A DNA stretch of 64,000 nt from Rubripirellula sp. (GCA_965216875.1 OZ244207.1:4416001-4480000); one strand, 5' to 3'; shown: positions 30,441 to 40,560, counted from the first letter of the stretch. Notes: a model not told the origin generated them from the letters alone. Numbers and translations are program-made.

Positions 30441-32123
30441 GTGCGCAAACGCAAGCACCCTCTCGTCTCGCGTTTGATCGGTCTGGAAACCGAATACGCA
30501 ACGCTGGTGGCGGACCCACAGGAACTCGACCGCGAAGACCTGCCGCCCTCGCACATGGTGTACGTGCAAATGTGCGAAGCGATTCGTCGCGACCAGCCGA
30601 CTGTGGCGGGACTGTTTGACAGCGAGCAGATGTTTTTGGCCAGCGGCGGCGCGGTCACTTTTGAATCCCACCCGTCGATGCATGCTTCACCGGGCGGATT
30701 GGTTGAAATTGCCACCCCTGAAGTGCGCAGCCCCGACGAACTATTGGCCTGCCAACGATCCATTGACGCATTGGCAGCGGATGCTGCGGCCGATTCCGAA
30801 ACCAGCTTTGACTTGCGAGTGCTCAAGAACAGCTCCGACGCACTCGGCCATGTGTACGGCTGTCACGAAAACTACGAAGCCGAAGTGGCTCGTGGCATTT
30901 GGTTACTGCTGTATCGCTTCTTCGTGGCCATCCTTTGGTGCATGCAGATCCTTAGCCTGCTCGCCTCGCTTCCGTTGATGGCGATGATCCTGACGTTTGT
31001 CGCATTGCGGCGAGTCATTGGTGGGCGTGCCGAAACGAATCATGAACCACAAGACTTATTCGAGTCGGTGCCCGGCTGGCTGACCGCCATCTTTATCTTC
31101 ATGTTGCGACTGGTCTACTTGCCCACGGTCATCCTGTTGCGGTTTGTCGCCCGCCACATTGCGTTCCGTCGTCAACGCAAGTACCTAACCGCGATGTTGG
31201 TTTCGCGAGTCGCACTTTGTGGCAGCGGCCACCTCGACCATGAAGGTCGTTATCAGATGAGCGCCAAAGCGATGGCGATCGATTCGATCGCTGACATGGG
31301 CAGCTTTCGGGGTGAGCGTCCGATTTTCGTTTACGGGCATTGGCTCGGTCAGTTCTGCGCCAAGTCCTTTATGTCATTGACCTCGACGCGGCAAATGTTC
31401 AGCCGGCGACAACGTCTGCAAATCGGACTGTCGGACTCGAACATGGCTGACCTCGCCGAGTACGTGAAGGTCGGATCGGTATCGCTACTGCTCGACATGA
31501 TCGAAGCGGGCGTGACCGATGGATTACCTCTATTGCGAAAACCCCTTCATTCACTCAATCGAATCACGAGTGATTGGAACCTGATCTCGCGCGTTCCCAC
31601 GAGCCGTGGCGAAATGTCGGCGATCGAAATCCAAAAGGTTTACCTTGCTGCCGCGGAAGAGTTTGTTTTATCGACTCCTGCGACCATGCGAGGCGAAGCG
31701 AACATTGTGATCGCGCGTTGGCAAGAACTTCTCGATGCAATCATCGCCTTTCGTGTCGATGCCAAAGACACCAGCGCGGCGATTGGCCGAGTCGATTGGC
31801 TGACCAAACGATGGATGATCGACCAACTGGGCGAGGATGCCGATTGGTCACAGAAAAAGAAAATCGACCTTCGTTACCACGAACTCTCCGAAGACGGCTA
31901 CTTCAATCAGTTGATGGAAGCTCGCTCGGAATTGAGACTGATCGACGACGACCACATCCAACGCCGCCGACGTTCACCACCACCAAGCTCGCCCGCAGCA
32001 CGCCGCGGGTGGCTGATTCGAGAATTCGCCGACTCTGATGAATCGATGCAAGCCGAATGGAGCTACGCGATGATCGGACGAGGACGTCGACGCCGACGCG
32101 TCGAGTTCGCCGAAACGAGGTAG
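30441..32123 (+). CDS. Pup-ligase/Dop (PafA/PafA2) family protein with an inserted hydrophobic transmembrane segment
   Basis: GLETEY, EIATPE, KNSSD...YGCHENY, RLQIGLSDSNM and DLRYHEL motifs. Confidence 0.88.
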   Translation: MRKRKHPLVSRLIGLETEYATLVADPQELDREDLPPSHMVYVQMCEAIRRDQPTVAGLFDSEQMFLASGGAVTFESHPSMHASPGGLVEIATPEVRSPDELLACQRSIDALAADAAADSETSFDLRVLKNSSDALGHVYGCHENYEAEVARGIWLLLYRFFVAILWCMQILSLLASLPLMAMILTFVALRRVIGGRAETNHEPQDLFESVPGWLTAIFIFMLRLVYLPTVILLRFVARHIAFRRQRKYLTAMLVSRVALCGSGHLDHEGRYQMSAKAMAIDSIADMGSFRGERPIFVYGHWLGQFCAKSFMSLTSTRQMFSRRQRLQIGLSDSNMADLAEYVKVGSVSLLLDMIEAGVTDGLPLLRKPLHSLNRITSDWNLISRVPTSRGEMSAIEIQKVYLAAAEEFVLSTPATMRGEANIVIARWQELLDAIIAFRVDAKDTSAAIGRVDWLTKRWMIDQLGEDADWSQKKKIDLRYHELSEDGYFNQLMEARSELRLIDDDHIQRRRRSPPPSSPAARRGWLIREFADSDESMQAEWSYAMIGRGRRRRRVEFAETR

Positions 32124-32147
32124 CCAGCGATTCGGCAAGCGGCAACG

Positions 32148-32197
32148 AAAAAACCCGCAGGCTGCCGCAAAAGGCATCCAGCGGGTTTCGTATTTTC
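32148..32197. terminator. Bidirectional terminator
   Basis: AAAAAACCCGC...GCGGGTTT between convergent genes. Confidence 0.65.
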
Positions 32198-32228
32198 GTT
32201 TGACCTCAGCGACTCAGCTTCGTCTAAC

Positions 32229-33446
32229 TCAGCTGCCGGGGTTGGCGTCTTTAACAGCTTGATCCATCACCTTGATCGAAGCATCGACGTAGCGATCGTA
32301 CTCGGACTCGAAATGATCGCGAGCCGCCTCGTCAGCAAAGAAGAACATGCGGTTGTACTTGGGATCCTTGACGCCAAACTCTCGCTTGCCGGGAACGATT
32401 TTCTTTTCCTCGAAGAATCGAACCACATCGATCTCGTTCAACACTGGCGTGTAAGGAGTCGGGTCGGCAAGAAACGTTTGCATCGCATCTTCGCTGACGA
32501 AGAGGTAGAGTTTGCCAAGGTGAATCACGCCGAATTGCGGGTTGCCATCTTCCCAGCGATCTTGCTTGATCACGGTGACGGGACAAAACCCTTGCATCGC
32601 AAGTTCGGGCATTTCGGCGGCAGGTGCGCCAGCTGGTTCGTCAGCAACGCTTGTTGCCGATGGGACAGCGGTATCCAAAGGTGCGGTTGGGATGTCCAAC
32701 GCGGCAGTTGTTTCTTGTGCAATGGTCGCACTTGGAAGCGGCGGAGTGATCGCTGCGCCAGTGGCCTCGACAGACTCTTGACCAGGCATTGCCAACGACA
32801 TCGATTCCGAAGGACTACTTGCCAGCTGGCCCTTCGCCCCGTTGCTGAGATTGCCGGGAAGACTAAAGCCCATCGAATTGGCTGGTGGCGTTTGATCGCC
32901 AGCTGCTTCGATACCAACGCTTGGTGCTTCGATACCTGATTGCAGTGCGACTTCGGGCGCTGCGATGTTGGCATTGGGTTGTGCGGCCGCGACTTTCGCT
33001 TCAGGTGCCGGTACGGCTCCCGCAAAGCGCGGAGCTTCTGGTGCCGGGGCGACCTTGGTTAACATCGCGACGTAGCGAGCCGGTTGTTGCGGGCTCACTT
33101 GATGTGACAGGGTCTTACCCTTCGTCGTCACGATCACGTCCGTAGGAAACTTCGTGACCTTGAACATCTCGGTCAGTTGTGGGCTCTTGTTAGCGTGCAC
33201 TTTCACAGGCACGAAACTCTTCACCACTGCTTCGCCAACTTCGGGCGATTTGAACGAGCCCTCTTCGAGCCGATCGCACCACATGCAGTTGTCACTGTAG
33301 AAGTGCAACAGCAGCATCTTGCCTTCGGATTGAGCTTGGGTATGAGCCGAACGCAGATCGGTCTGCCATGGGATTTCAGCACGGACCGTGGTGAGAGTAC
33401 TCAGCGCGATTGCGACTGTGAAAAGTGAGAGGGCTGCCTTGCGCAT
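32229..33446 (-). CDS. Exported thioredoxin-family protein with a C-terminal YHS-like region
   Basis: Signal peptide, NCMWCD (CxxC), GFCPVT...YLF..E....F..DP..Y. Confidence 0.85.
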   Translation of the reverse strand: MRKAALSLFTVAIALSTLTTVRAEIPWQTDLRSAHTQAQSEGKMLLLHFYSDNCMWCDRLEEGSFKSPEVGEAVVKSFVPVKVHANKSPQLTEMFKVTKFPTDVIVTTKGKTLSHQVSPQQPARYVAMLTKVAPAPEAPRFAGAVPAPEAKVAAAQPNANIAAPEVALQSGIEAPSVGIEAAGDQTPPANSMGFSLPGNLSNGAKGQLASSPSESMSLAMPGQESVEATGAAITPPLPSATIAQETTAALDIPTAPLDTAVPSATSVADEPAGAPAAEMPELAMQGFCPVTVIKQDRWEDGNPQFGVIHLGKLYLFVSEDAMQTFLADPTPYTPVLNEIDVVRFFEEKKIVPGKREFGVKDPKYNRMFFFADEAARDHFESEYDRYVDASIKVMDQAVKDANPGS

Positions 33447-33757
33447 TAAACCAGAGTCCTATCGTCGGGGACTTTGCTTGGTAACGAACGATTCCATTCG
33501 TTCGCGTGGGTAGTTTCGTCCGCGTCGTTGTTATGTGCGGTACAGATTGGCGTTTGCGTGGTCGCGAACGGGCATCTGCATAGGGGCGAGCCGTCGGGAG
33601 GGACGTCCCGCTGCAACCGTTTTCGACCAACCGTCGACCGCGGCTTCAGCGGAATCTACAAATTGGGGCGACTTTAACGCCAGCGTGATCTCTGCGGCTT
33701 GCCGGTGCCCAGCACGGTTCTTTCGGGGGGGCTGGTATGGGCGATGTGGGATCTCAC

Positions 33758-33785
33758 TTGACATCGCTGGCGTAGGGTCTATATT
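33758..33785 (+). promoter_or_regulatory. Putative sigma70 promoter TTGACA-16nt-TATATT about 750 nt upstream of rho paralog 2
   Basis: Consensus -35 and near-consensus -10. Confidence 0.55.
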
Positions 33786-34003
33786 TCAGGCGAAGTAATG
33801 AAGGTATGGGCGTTTCACCCCTTTACCTCTCCCTGGACGGCTTGATCGCGTCCCCTCTCCATTTGTGTTTGCGAACTGCAAATCCCTGGTTGCATGGAGA
33901 ATCATCGGGTTCAGGAGAACCCCGACTGGAACCAGGTCGAGGCTGACTCGGTCAAACCGACAATCGTTGGGCGGGTTTCACAGCGAGCCTTCGCTCCCTG
34001 CCC

Positions 34004-34060
34004 CCAAGAACTAACTTTTGGCTACCAAGAACAACTTTTGGACCAAAGCCTAACTTTTGG
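34004..34060. repeat. Three tandem CCAA(G/A)...AACTTTTGG mini-hairpin repeats
   Basis: Units at 34004-34021, 34025-34041 and 34043-34060. Confidence 0.75.
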
Positions 34061-34534
34061 CAAAAACACTTCCATTGGGTTGGAAGCCCTCGAAGCGTTT
34101 TGAATCGAGTTCACGTGGTCCTGACTTTGGCCACTCGCTCCCGAAATTAACAAACTCGGCCACGAAAGGCCCCCAAGACATTCCGCCCATCGGGCACTTA
34201 TGGTTGTTGCCGGCGATCGACTCGTCATTCACCTTTGACCCACCCCAGTCGCAGCCAACCTTTCACATTTCGCCGCAACCCGGCCACGATTCCAAATCAC
34301 ACTCGTTTCTTTGCTCGGATGCTTACCGCCGTCCGTTCGAAGAACTCACTTTCCTCAGTCAATTGGTGCGGTAATTCTTCAATCTCGCTGACACGGTCTT
34401 TGGGATGCCGCTTGCATTGGCTTGGCATCACCTTGCAGCCAGCAAAAAAGCTTCGGCTACTTCGCTGCAATGTGCCAACTCCATGCCTGAATCTCCTCAG
34501 TCCGGCAACCACGTTCAGCGTCTCTGGATGACAC

Positions 34535-35845
34535 ATGGCGAAAAAGAAACGGACCAATCGCGGACGGAGTTCCAACAACAGCGGCTCGGCTACGTCGCAA
34601 AGCAACGGCAAGCCACGCGTTCGTCGTCGCCGTCGCGGCGGTGGCGGAGGCGGAGGAGGCGGCGACAAGCAGAACAATGATCGCGAGCCTCAGGATGTTC
34701 CCAGCGACGCCCCGCTTGAAGAGGGCGATGGGATCCTCGAACTTCATCCCAATGGCTACGGCTTCCTTCGCAGCACCGAAAACAACTATGCCCGCGAACG
34801 AAGCGATCCGTTTGTTCCCGGCACCATGATCGAACGCTTTGGACTTCGCCAAGGTGTGCACATCAAAGCGATGGTCCAACAAGCTCGCCGCCAACAAGGC
34901 CCGCGCGTTCGCGAGATCCTTGATGTCGATGGCATGTCGCCCGAAGCTTACCCCGACGTGAAAAGCTTTGACGCGCTGACCCCCATCAACCCCGAGGAAT
35001 GGTTGCGACTTGAACGTGGCCAACGTCCCATCACCAACCGCGTGATCGACCTGTTGGCTCCGATGGGCAAAGGTCAACGAGCACTCATCGTTGCTCCACC
35101 GCGAAGTGGTAAGACCGTGATGCTTCAAGATATCGCGGGCGGTATCGCCGAGAATCACAAAGACGTCAAACTGATCGTCTTGCTGATCGACGAACGCCCC
35201 GAAGAAGTGACCGACATGCGTCGCAATGTCTTGGGCGGTGAAGTCGTCGCCAGCAGTCTCGACATGGACGTGGAAAGTCACGTTCGCCTCAGTCAACTTG
35301 TGGTCGATCGGGCGCGCCGCTTGGCCGAAATGGGACAAGATGTTTTCTTGATGCTCGATTCGATCACCCGCTTGGCTCGTGCCTTCAACAAGTGGGTTGG
35401 CCGCAGCGGTCGCGGTGGAGCGACCATGACGGGCGGTTTGGACATCAAGGCGATGGACATCCCCAAGAAGCTGTTCGCTACCGCACGTGCCTTCCAAGAA
35501 GGCGGCTCGCTTACCGTCGTCGGTACAGCGCTGGTCGATACCAACAGCCGAATGGACGAAGCGATTTTCCAAGAGTTTAAAGGTACCGGTAATATGGAAC
35601 TGGTACTCGATCGACGCTTGGCCGATCGTCGCGTGTGGCCTTCAATCGACATCTCCCAAAGCGGCACCCGTCGCGAAGAGCTGCTTCACGACGAAGAGAC
35701 TTATGAAGCGGTCACGATGTTGCGACGAACACTGAGCAGCATGCATCCGTGCGACGCGATGGAACAATTGACCAAGCAGCTTGGTCGATTTGAAACGAAC
35801 GAGGAGTTCATCAAATTGATCAGCGGTGCCAGCTCGGCTCTCTAG
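34535..35845 (+). CDS. rho: Transcription termination factor Rho (paralog 2, Arg/Gly-rich N-terminus, no Rho_N domain)
   Basis: [34 protein letters not shown] and FQEFKGTGN. Confidence 0.96.
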   Translation: MAKKKRTNRGRSSNNSGSATSQSNGKPRVRRRRRGGGGGGGGGDKQNNDREPQDVPSDAPLEEGDGILELHPNGYGFLRSTENNYARERSDPFVPGTMIERFGLRQGVHIKAMVQQARRQQGPRVREILDVDGMSPEAYPDVKSFDALTPINPEEWLRLERGQRPITNRVIDLLAPMGKGQRALIVAPPRSGKTVMLQDIAGGIAENHKDVKLIVLLIDERPEEVTDMRRNVLGGEVVASSLDMDVESHVRLSQLVVDRARRLAEMGQDVFLMLDSITRLARAFNKWVGRSGRGGATMTGGLDIKAMDIPKKLFATARAFQEGGSLTVVGTALVDTNSRMDEAIFQEFKGTGNMELVLDRRLADRRVWPSIDISQSGTRREELLHDEETYEAVTMLRRTLSSMHPCDAMEQLTKQLGRFETNEEFIKLISGASSAL

Positions 35846-35959
35846 CCAAAGCCGGTCGGCACAGGTTCGCGAAACAAGCATGGCTTGCAGCGAACCCGAT
35901 GCGACCGCAAAATGTCAGAAAGAAGAGACGGCGATGATCACCTCATCTCCGTTTCATCT

Positions 35960-36042
35960 GGAGGATAAGCGAATTGGTGAGCGGCCTCACTGGAACTGAG
36001 GTACCCCGTAAGGGGCTGCGGGTTCGAGTCCCGTGTCCTCCG
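35960..36042 (+). tRNA. tRNA-Ser(GGA), long variable arm, atypical D-arm, CCA not encoded
   Basis: Acceptor GGAGGAT/GTCCTCC, anticodon arm CCTCA-CTGGAAC-TGAGG, variable arm CCCC-GTAA-GGGG, T-loop TTCGAGT, discriminator G. Confidence 0.85.
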
Positions 36043-36051
36043 CTTTGCGAA

Positions 36052-36100
36052 AAAGGTGTCAGGACTCTCTTTTAGCTGAAAAGAGAGTTCTGACACCTTT
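36052..36100. repeat. Inverted repeat AAAGGTGTCAGGACTCTCTTT / AAAGAGAGTTCTGACACCTTT just 3' of the tRNA
   Basis: ~21-bp arms with one mismatch; may serve as a terminator. Confidence 0.8.
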
Positions 36101-36125
36101 CTTTATTGACGCCGAAGAACACCGC

Positions 36126-36201
36126 GTGGTGCGTGGGCTTGCGCGCACCAACTCATCACCAGCCAGAGGTTGTCCCCGGTGCGCGCAAGCACACACCCTA
36201 C
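36126..36201. repeat. REP-like R1 inverted pair (degenerate)
   Basis: Copies at 36126-36149 and 36178-36201. Confidence 0.75.
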
Positions 36202-36248
36202 GATGAGAAAGACAACCCAGCACCCATTCCGCGTATTCTGACTTTTTC

Positions 36249-37004
36249 ATGACGACGGTTCGTGAGCACTACGACCAACTTCTCGGTCCGATCTATGCTT
36301 GGATGGTCGGTGACTTTGAGGCGGCCGTTGCGAGAGCATCAGCGTTCTTTGACGAGGTTGGCACCGACGTAGGTGACGATCAATTGGCCGTTGACCTCGG
36401 TTGTGGCCACGGCATCCACTGCGTCGCCCTTGCGCGACGTGGATGGCGCGTGATGGGTCTCGATACGTCGTCACACCTGTTGGCCGAACTCGAACGACAC
36501 AAAGCCGATCTGCCGATTCGAACGATCGACGATGATCTCTGCGCGTTCACGGATCATCTTGGCGATGACACGGTCGACCTGATCTGCTGCATGGGCGACA
36601 CGGTCACACACCTCGAGTCGATCGATTCGGTGGTCTCACTCATCAAGAACGCTGCGGCCAGTCTAAAACACGACGGCTGCTTCATTGTGTCGCTGCGCGA
36701 CTACGCCAGCCAGAGCCTGACGGGAACCAGCCGTTTCATTCCAGTACGGTCCGACGCGCATCGCATTCACACTTGCTTTCTTGAGTATCAAAAGGACGTT
36801 GTGCAGGTTCACGACATCGTCCATCACCTCGAGGAATCTGGCTGGAAGACATCGGTTAGCGCGTATCCCAAACTGCGTTTAGCGATCGATGACCTGATCG
36901 CGACAGCCGAAAAACACTCATTGCATTTGACGTTCCGTGTCACGCTTGCGGGAATGGTCCACCTCGCTTTTTCTAAACGATCGACTGAAACTAGAACGGC
37001 CTAG
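36249..37004 (+). CDS. Class I SAM-dependent methyltransferase
   Basis: AVDLGCGHG motif I, GLDTS and DLICCMGD. Confidence 0.92.
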   Translation: MTTVREHYDQLLGPIYAWMVGDFEAAVARASAFFDEVGTDVGDDQLAVDLGCGHGIHCVALARRGWRVMGLDTSSHLLAELERHKADLPIRTIDDDLCAFTDHLGDDTVDLICCMGDTVTHLESIDSVVSLIKNAAASLKHDGCFIVSLRDYASQSLTGTSRFIPVRSDAHRIHTCFLEYQKDVVQVHDIVHHLEESGWKTSVSAYPKLRLAIDDLIATAEKHSLHLTFRVTLAGMVHLAFSKRSTETRTA

Positions 37005-37220
37005 AAGAGAGCGGGGTGTCCGGCGATGTTCGGGGTCTAAAACGAACACGTTTTTGCGAATCTACTGCAACCCGCATTTCCACCGCTTGGACATCCACCG
37101 AGGGCACGGAACCGACTACGATAATCAGTGGTCCGCATGCTGATTGGCTCACACACACGTGTCAGCTCTCTTCCTTTTCGGTCGTGCGTCGAACCTATTT
37201 CGAAACCTTCCAATCGAACC

Positions 37221-38075
37221 ATGCTCATGCAGATCACGTGTCCTGGTTGTGGATGTCAGTTGCCAGTGGAAAGCCACCTTGCTGGTACAAACATTCAATG
37301 TGGTGGCTGCAACACGCTTGTTCAGGTCCCCAATTCGCCTGAACCAATCGGGCTTCCACCTGCCGCCCCCGACGCGTATGTCGACCCGCACTTCGCTCGA
37401 AAGCCAGTTCGATCCGATTGGATGGGCAACGAATCGCTCATCATCACCGCGGCAAGTTGTCTGTTGTGCGTCATGATCGTCGTCGGCATCGTGATCTTGA
37501 CACGTGCCTACACCGAGCCGGTTGCGACCGAAGAAGCCGTAGCCACCGTCGAGGACATCGAACCGGAAGCACAACGGACCTTCTTCAAAGAAGGCTACTC
37601 GATCGAACTGCCAGACGGATTCAAACGACAGTCCCGTGAGAAACTCGAGGAGGGCGTAACCGTCTATCGGTTCGAAACCGAAAAGGGTTACCGCTTTACG
37701 ATGGCGATCATTCCCGACGAATCAGTCGACCGCTTTTCGCACCCACCCGATGACCTTTCCGGCGCGTTGTTCGACGGCGTAAAGGACTTGCGGTATGGCC
37801 CTAAAGCAGACCTTAAACCGTCCAAAGTGATTGTCGACAGCATGGGGGCGAGCATCTTTCGCTATTACGAGCGAGAAACGTTTCGCGGCATCACATTCAC
37901 CTACGTGATGGCTGTCCTCGACCCGGGCAAGAAGCTCATCCTAAGATTCTCTGGACGATACGGCGGCTTCCACGAGGACGAAGAGAACTTCGAGATGCCC
38001 AGCCACTGGTACGAGTCGCTCAAGAGCTTCGAAAAGGGAATCCCTGTTCCCAAAAAAGAACCGGTGTCTGCATGA
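37221..38075 (+). CDS. Zinc-ribbon single-pass membrane protein
   Basis: CPGC...CGGC, a TM helix, then a PsbP-like extracytoplasmic region (GYSIELPDGF). Confidence 0.75.
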   Translation: MLMQITCPGCGCQLPVESHLAGTNIQCGGCNTLVQVPNSPEPIGLPPAAPDAYVDPHFARKPVRSDWMGNESLIITAASCLLCVMIVVGIVILTRAYTEPVATEEAVATVEDIEPEAQRTFFKEGYSIELPDGFKRQSREKLEEGVTVYRFETEKGYRFTMAIIPDESVDRFSHPPDDLSGALFDGVKDLRYGPKADLKPSKVIVDSMGASIFRYYERETFRGITFTYVMAVLDPGKKLILRFSGRYGGFHEDEENFEMPSHWYESLKSFEKGIPVPKKEPVSA

Positions 38076-38091
38076 TACGTTTCGCGGCGTC

Positions 38092-38598
38092 TTAGCGAAC
38101 GACGTTCAAACCCGCCGCGTAGTCGGAATTGCCTGCGATCGCAAAGTGGAACGTCAACAAAAAGAAAAGCCCTGCCGAGGCAAAGATCATCCCTGCAAAA
38201 AAGCCGGTCCAGTGTGAACTGTACGAACCGGTAATCAGGTACGCGTCACTCGGATCGGCTGGGTCATAACTCGCCCTGACGACTTCAGCTTTTTTCAGCC
38301 TGTCGTAAAGTGGGCGATGGCCTTCAAAACTCGATGCGCTGTAGGCCGGATGTAACTTGCTGCCAACGTAGTCCTTTCCGTTGACGCGATACTTGTATTC
38401 GACTTTCACTTCATACGTCGTGCCGCCTTCGGAATCGGTGCTTGAGTCGAAATCACAGCTGATCACGTCTGCATCGATGGTTGGCCATTTCGTAACCGCT
38501 CGAGCTTTGCTGATGCCGCGCAAGGTGAAATAGCAAATGCCTAAGCCGACCACGATAAAGATCGAGCAGAATGGATAAATCAGCCAAAGGACTTTCAT
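38092..38598 (-). CDS. DUF3592-like membrane protein
   Basis: TM, WPT...V, Y.V.V.Y.Y.VNG..Y, YDPADPS.A.L, TM. Confidence 0.85.
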   Translation of the reverse strand: MKVLWLIYPFCSIFIVVGLGICYFTLRGISKARAVTKWPTIDADVISCDFDSSTDSEGGTTYEVKVEYKYRVNGKDYVGSKLHPAYSASSFEGHRPLYDRLKKAEVVRASYDPADPSDAYLITGSYSSHWTGFFAGMIFASAGLFFLLTFHFAIAGNSDYAAGLNVVR

Positions 38599-38696
38599 GA
38601 TTGCCTGCGCGTTTATTTTGCCAACATCACTTGGTCAATTTGGAAATCAAGGTCACCCGCTTATCGTACATCATCTCCTGCTCCAACCGCCCAAAG

Positions 38697-38876
38697 CTCG
38701 GCGGGAGCCTCGCCCTCCCAAATCCCACAAGAGCGATTAACGCGTGAATCAACTGCCCGGGCCAGGGAAGAGAATTGACAGAAAAATGGAGGGCAAAAAA
38801 ATGGGCGGTGCCTCAAGATTTCGTTGCCAACCATCTCTGTGAACCCTGCGTTCTCTGTGGCTTTGTTCTTCGGAGA
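38697..38876. repeat. Composite repeat unit A
   Basis: Closely similar to 40561-40740; modules CGGCGGGAGCCTCGCCCTCCC / GACAGAAAAATGGAGGGCAAAAAAAT / CTCTGTGAAC..CTCTGTGGC. Confidence 0.9.
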
Positions 38877-38987
38877 AGAGACGTCACGGAGAGAGCATCA
38901 CGAACAACGTTTGAGTAAGCCCTATCAGTGATCTCGCGAGCGTCACTCGGACGGGATGGGATGAGCTCACTTGTCGCTCGCCAATCA

Positions 38988-40208
38988 TTACTCCCCGCTC
39001 GCTTCCCGGGCGATTTGATTGATCAATTCACGATCTTGATCCTCAAAACGGTCCAGCCGAATTCGAACCGTTCTCCCAGTCCGCAACTTAAGAATCGCAT
39101 GCTGCTTGCTGACACGTTCGACCAATCCCAAAACGATTGTTCCGTTCTTCAACCTCCACCGAGTTCGGTTCGTCGTTTCCGTTGGCAAGGACGAAGTGTT
39201 AGGAGAGTCGCTCTCCGATGATTCTTGCACACCCTGCAGGTCTTGGTTTTCCATGCTTGCCGATTCGGGCCCCGTTGGTTCCGCACCTGGAATACGCAAA
39301 ACGCGACGGGGTGGGTAGTACGGGTCACTCGAATCGGGCTTTTTCAATCCATCAACACGGATTACCCGATCACCGCCTCCAAAGGTTGTAAAAAGGAAGT
39401 CCCCAGTTAACGGATCGATCATGCCTCCTTCGGCACCATGCAAGTCGCCAACGAACACGCGGCGCGTTTCCGGAACGGGATCCCCCGTTTCCGTGATTTC
39501 ATAGGCAACGACATTTCCCGCGCTCCACTCAGCAACTAACAAACTTGGTTTCGGGAATTGCGGTGATCCCTTGGGGACATAAACAAATCCCTCTGGACCT
39601 CCCTGCAAGTTGGTCACATGGGTCCTACGCACAACGTCGTAGCTCCCGTCACCAGCCGGACGTAGTTGCGCGTCGTACCAGCCCCCACTACTCCAAGTCA
39701 ACATTTTCAAATGCCCCGTGGGCGCGAAAAAATTCAGACTTGCAAGGGAGTGTTTCTGGCTCTCACCACCTAGATTCAAAACCCGTCCAGGTGTTCGAGC
39801 ACCAATTGCAAGTTGTCCGAGGTTGTTCACTGGCCACTGAGCACACAACAGCACGCCATTTGGCGCATAGCATAATCCACCGTCATTGTAGGGCGCATCG
39901 GCGAAAAACGCCGCGTTACCAAGTGACTCGATACTATCGTCATCGGAACGCCGCACTTTAACAGCAAAGAGTTTGCCCGTGGCACGATTGGCATTCCCTC
40001 CGATAAGCAAGACGTTGGCGTCGTCGCTCTTTAAAACCAAACCGCCTTGGCGTGTTGGCAATCCGCGGACCCGCCCAAGGTCCGTGAGCTTGTAATCTTT
40101 TTGAAAGGTCTCACCCAGAGTCTGGGCCGAAGCCACTCCAGAAAAGATCAGGGGAGCAAGGAGGAAAGAGATTACAAGTCGTCGCAGTATCAAGACAATC
40201 CTGGACAT
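38988..40208 (-). CDS. Exported beta-propeller-like protein with a C-terminal SHD1-like domain
   Basis: Signal peptide ending ASA; GGPEGFVYVP and GAEGGMIDP..GDFLF blades; RTRW...G...VRIRLDRF..QDRE. Confidence 0.75.
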   Translation of the reverse strand: MSRIVLILRRLVISFLLAPLIFSGVASAQTLGETFQKDYKLTDLGRVRGLPTRQGGLVLKSDDANVLLIGGNANRATGKLFAVKVRRSDDDSIESLGNAAFFADAPYNDGGLCYAPNGVLLCAQWPVNNLGQLAIGARTPGRVLNLGGESQKHSLASLNFFAPTGHLKMLTWSSGGWYDAQLRPAGDGSYDVVRRTHVTNLQGGPEGFVYVPKGSPQFPKPSLLVAEWSAGNVVAYEITETGDPVPETRRVFVGDLHGAEGGMIDPLTGDFLFTTFGGGDRVIRVDGLKKPDSSDPYYPPRRVLRIPGAEPTGPESASMENQDLQGVQESSESDSPNTSSLPTETTNRTRWRLKNGTIVLGLVERVSKQHAILKLRTGRTVRIRLDRFEDQDRELINQIAREASGE

Positions 40209-40560
40209 GTCGTTCTCGCAGTGGTGACACGCAACTTGTTTCCACTCAAACAGAGACAATCCGACCGCAAGAAGCTTCCCACACAACTGATCGTGAGTCA
40301 ACGTTGCGCGATCGCTGGGTAACCAACGGAATCAAATAGAAATCACAGAATAAAGCAGATGGCGACACGGATGTTCATTGGTTCATTCTGGAGCCAAGCT
40401 CAGATTGGCTCGATTGAGCAGCAATCGAATTCAATAGACTCAGATTGCAATCTCGCCAACTAATCACTGGTGCTCTGCCCCCGTCTTGTCCTTTCGTGTT
40501 TATTTTCGGTTTACATCCGTGCATACGATTGCCTAGTGGCATGTTCGATAGATGTGAAAC

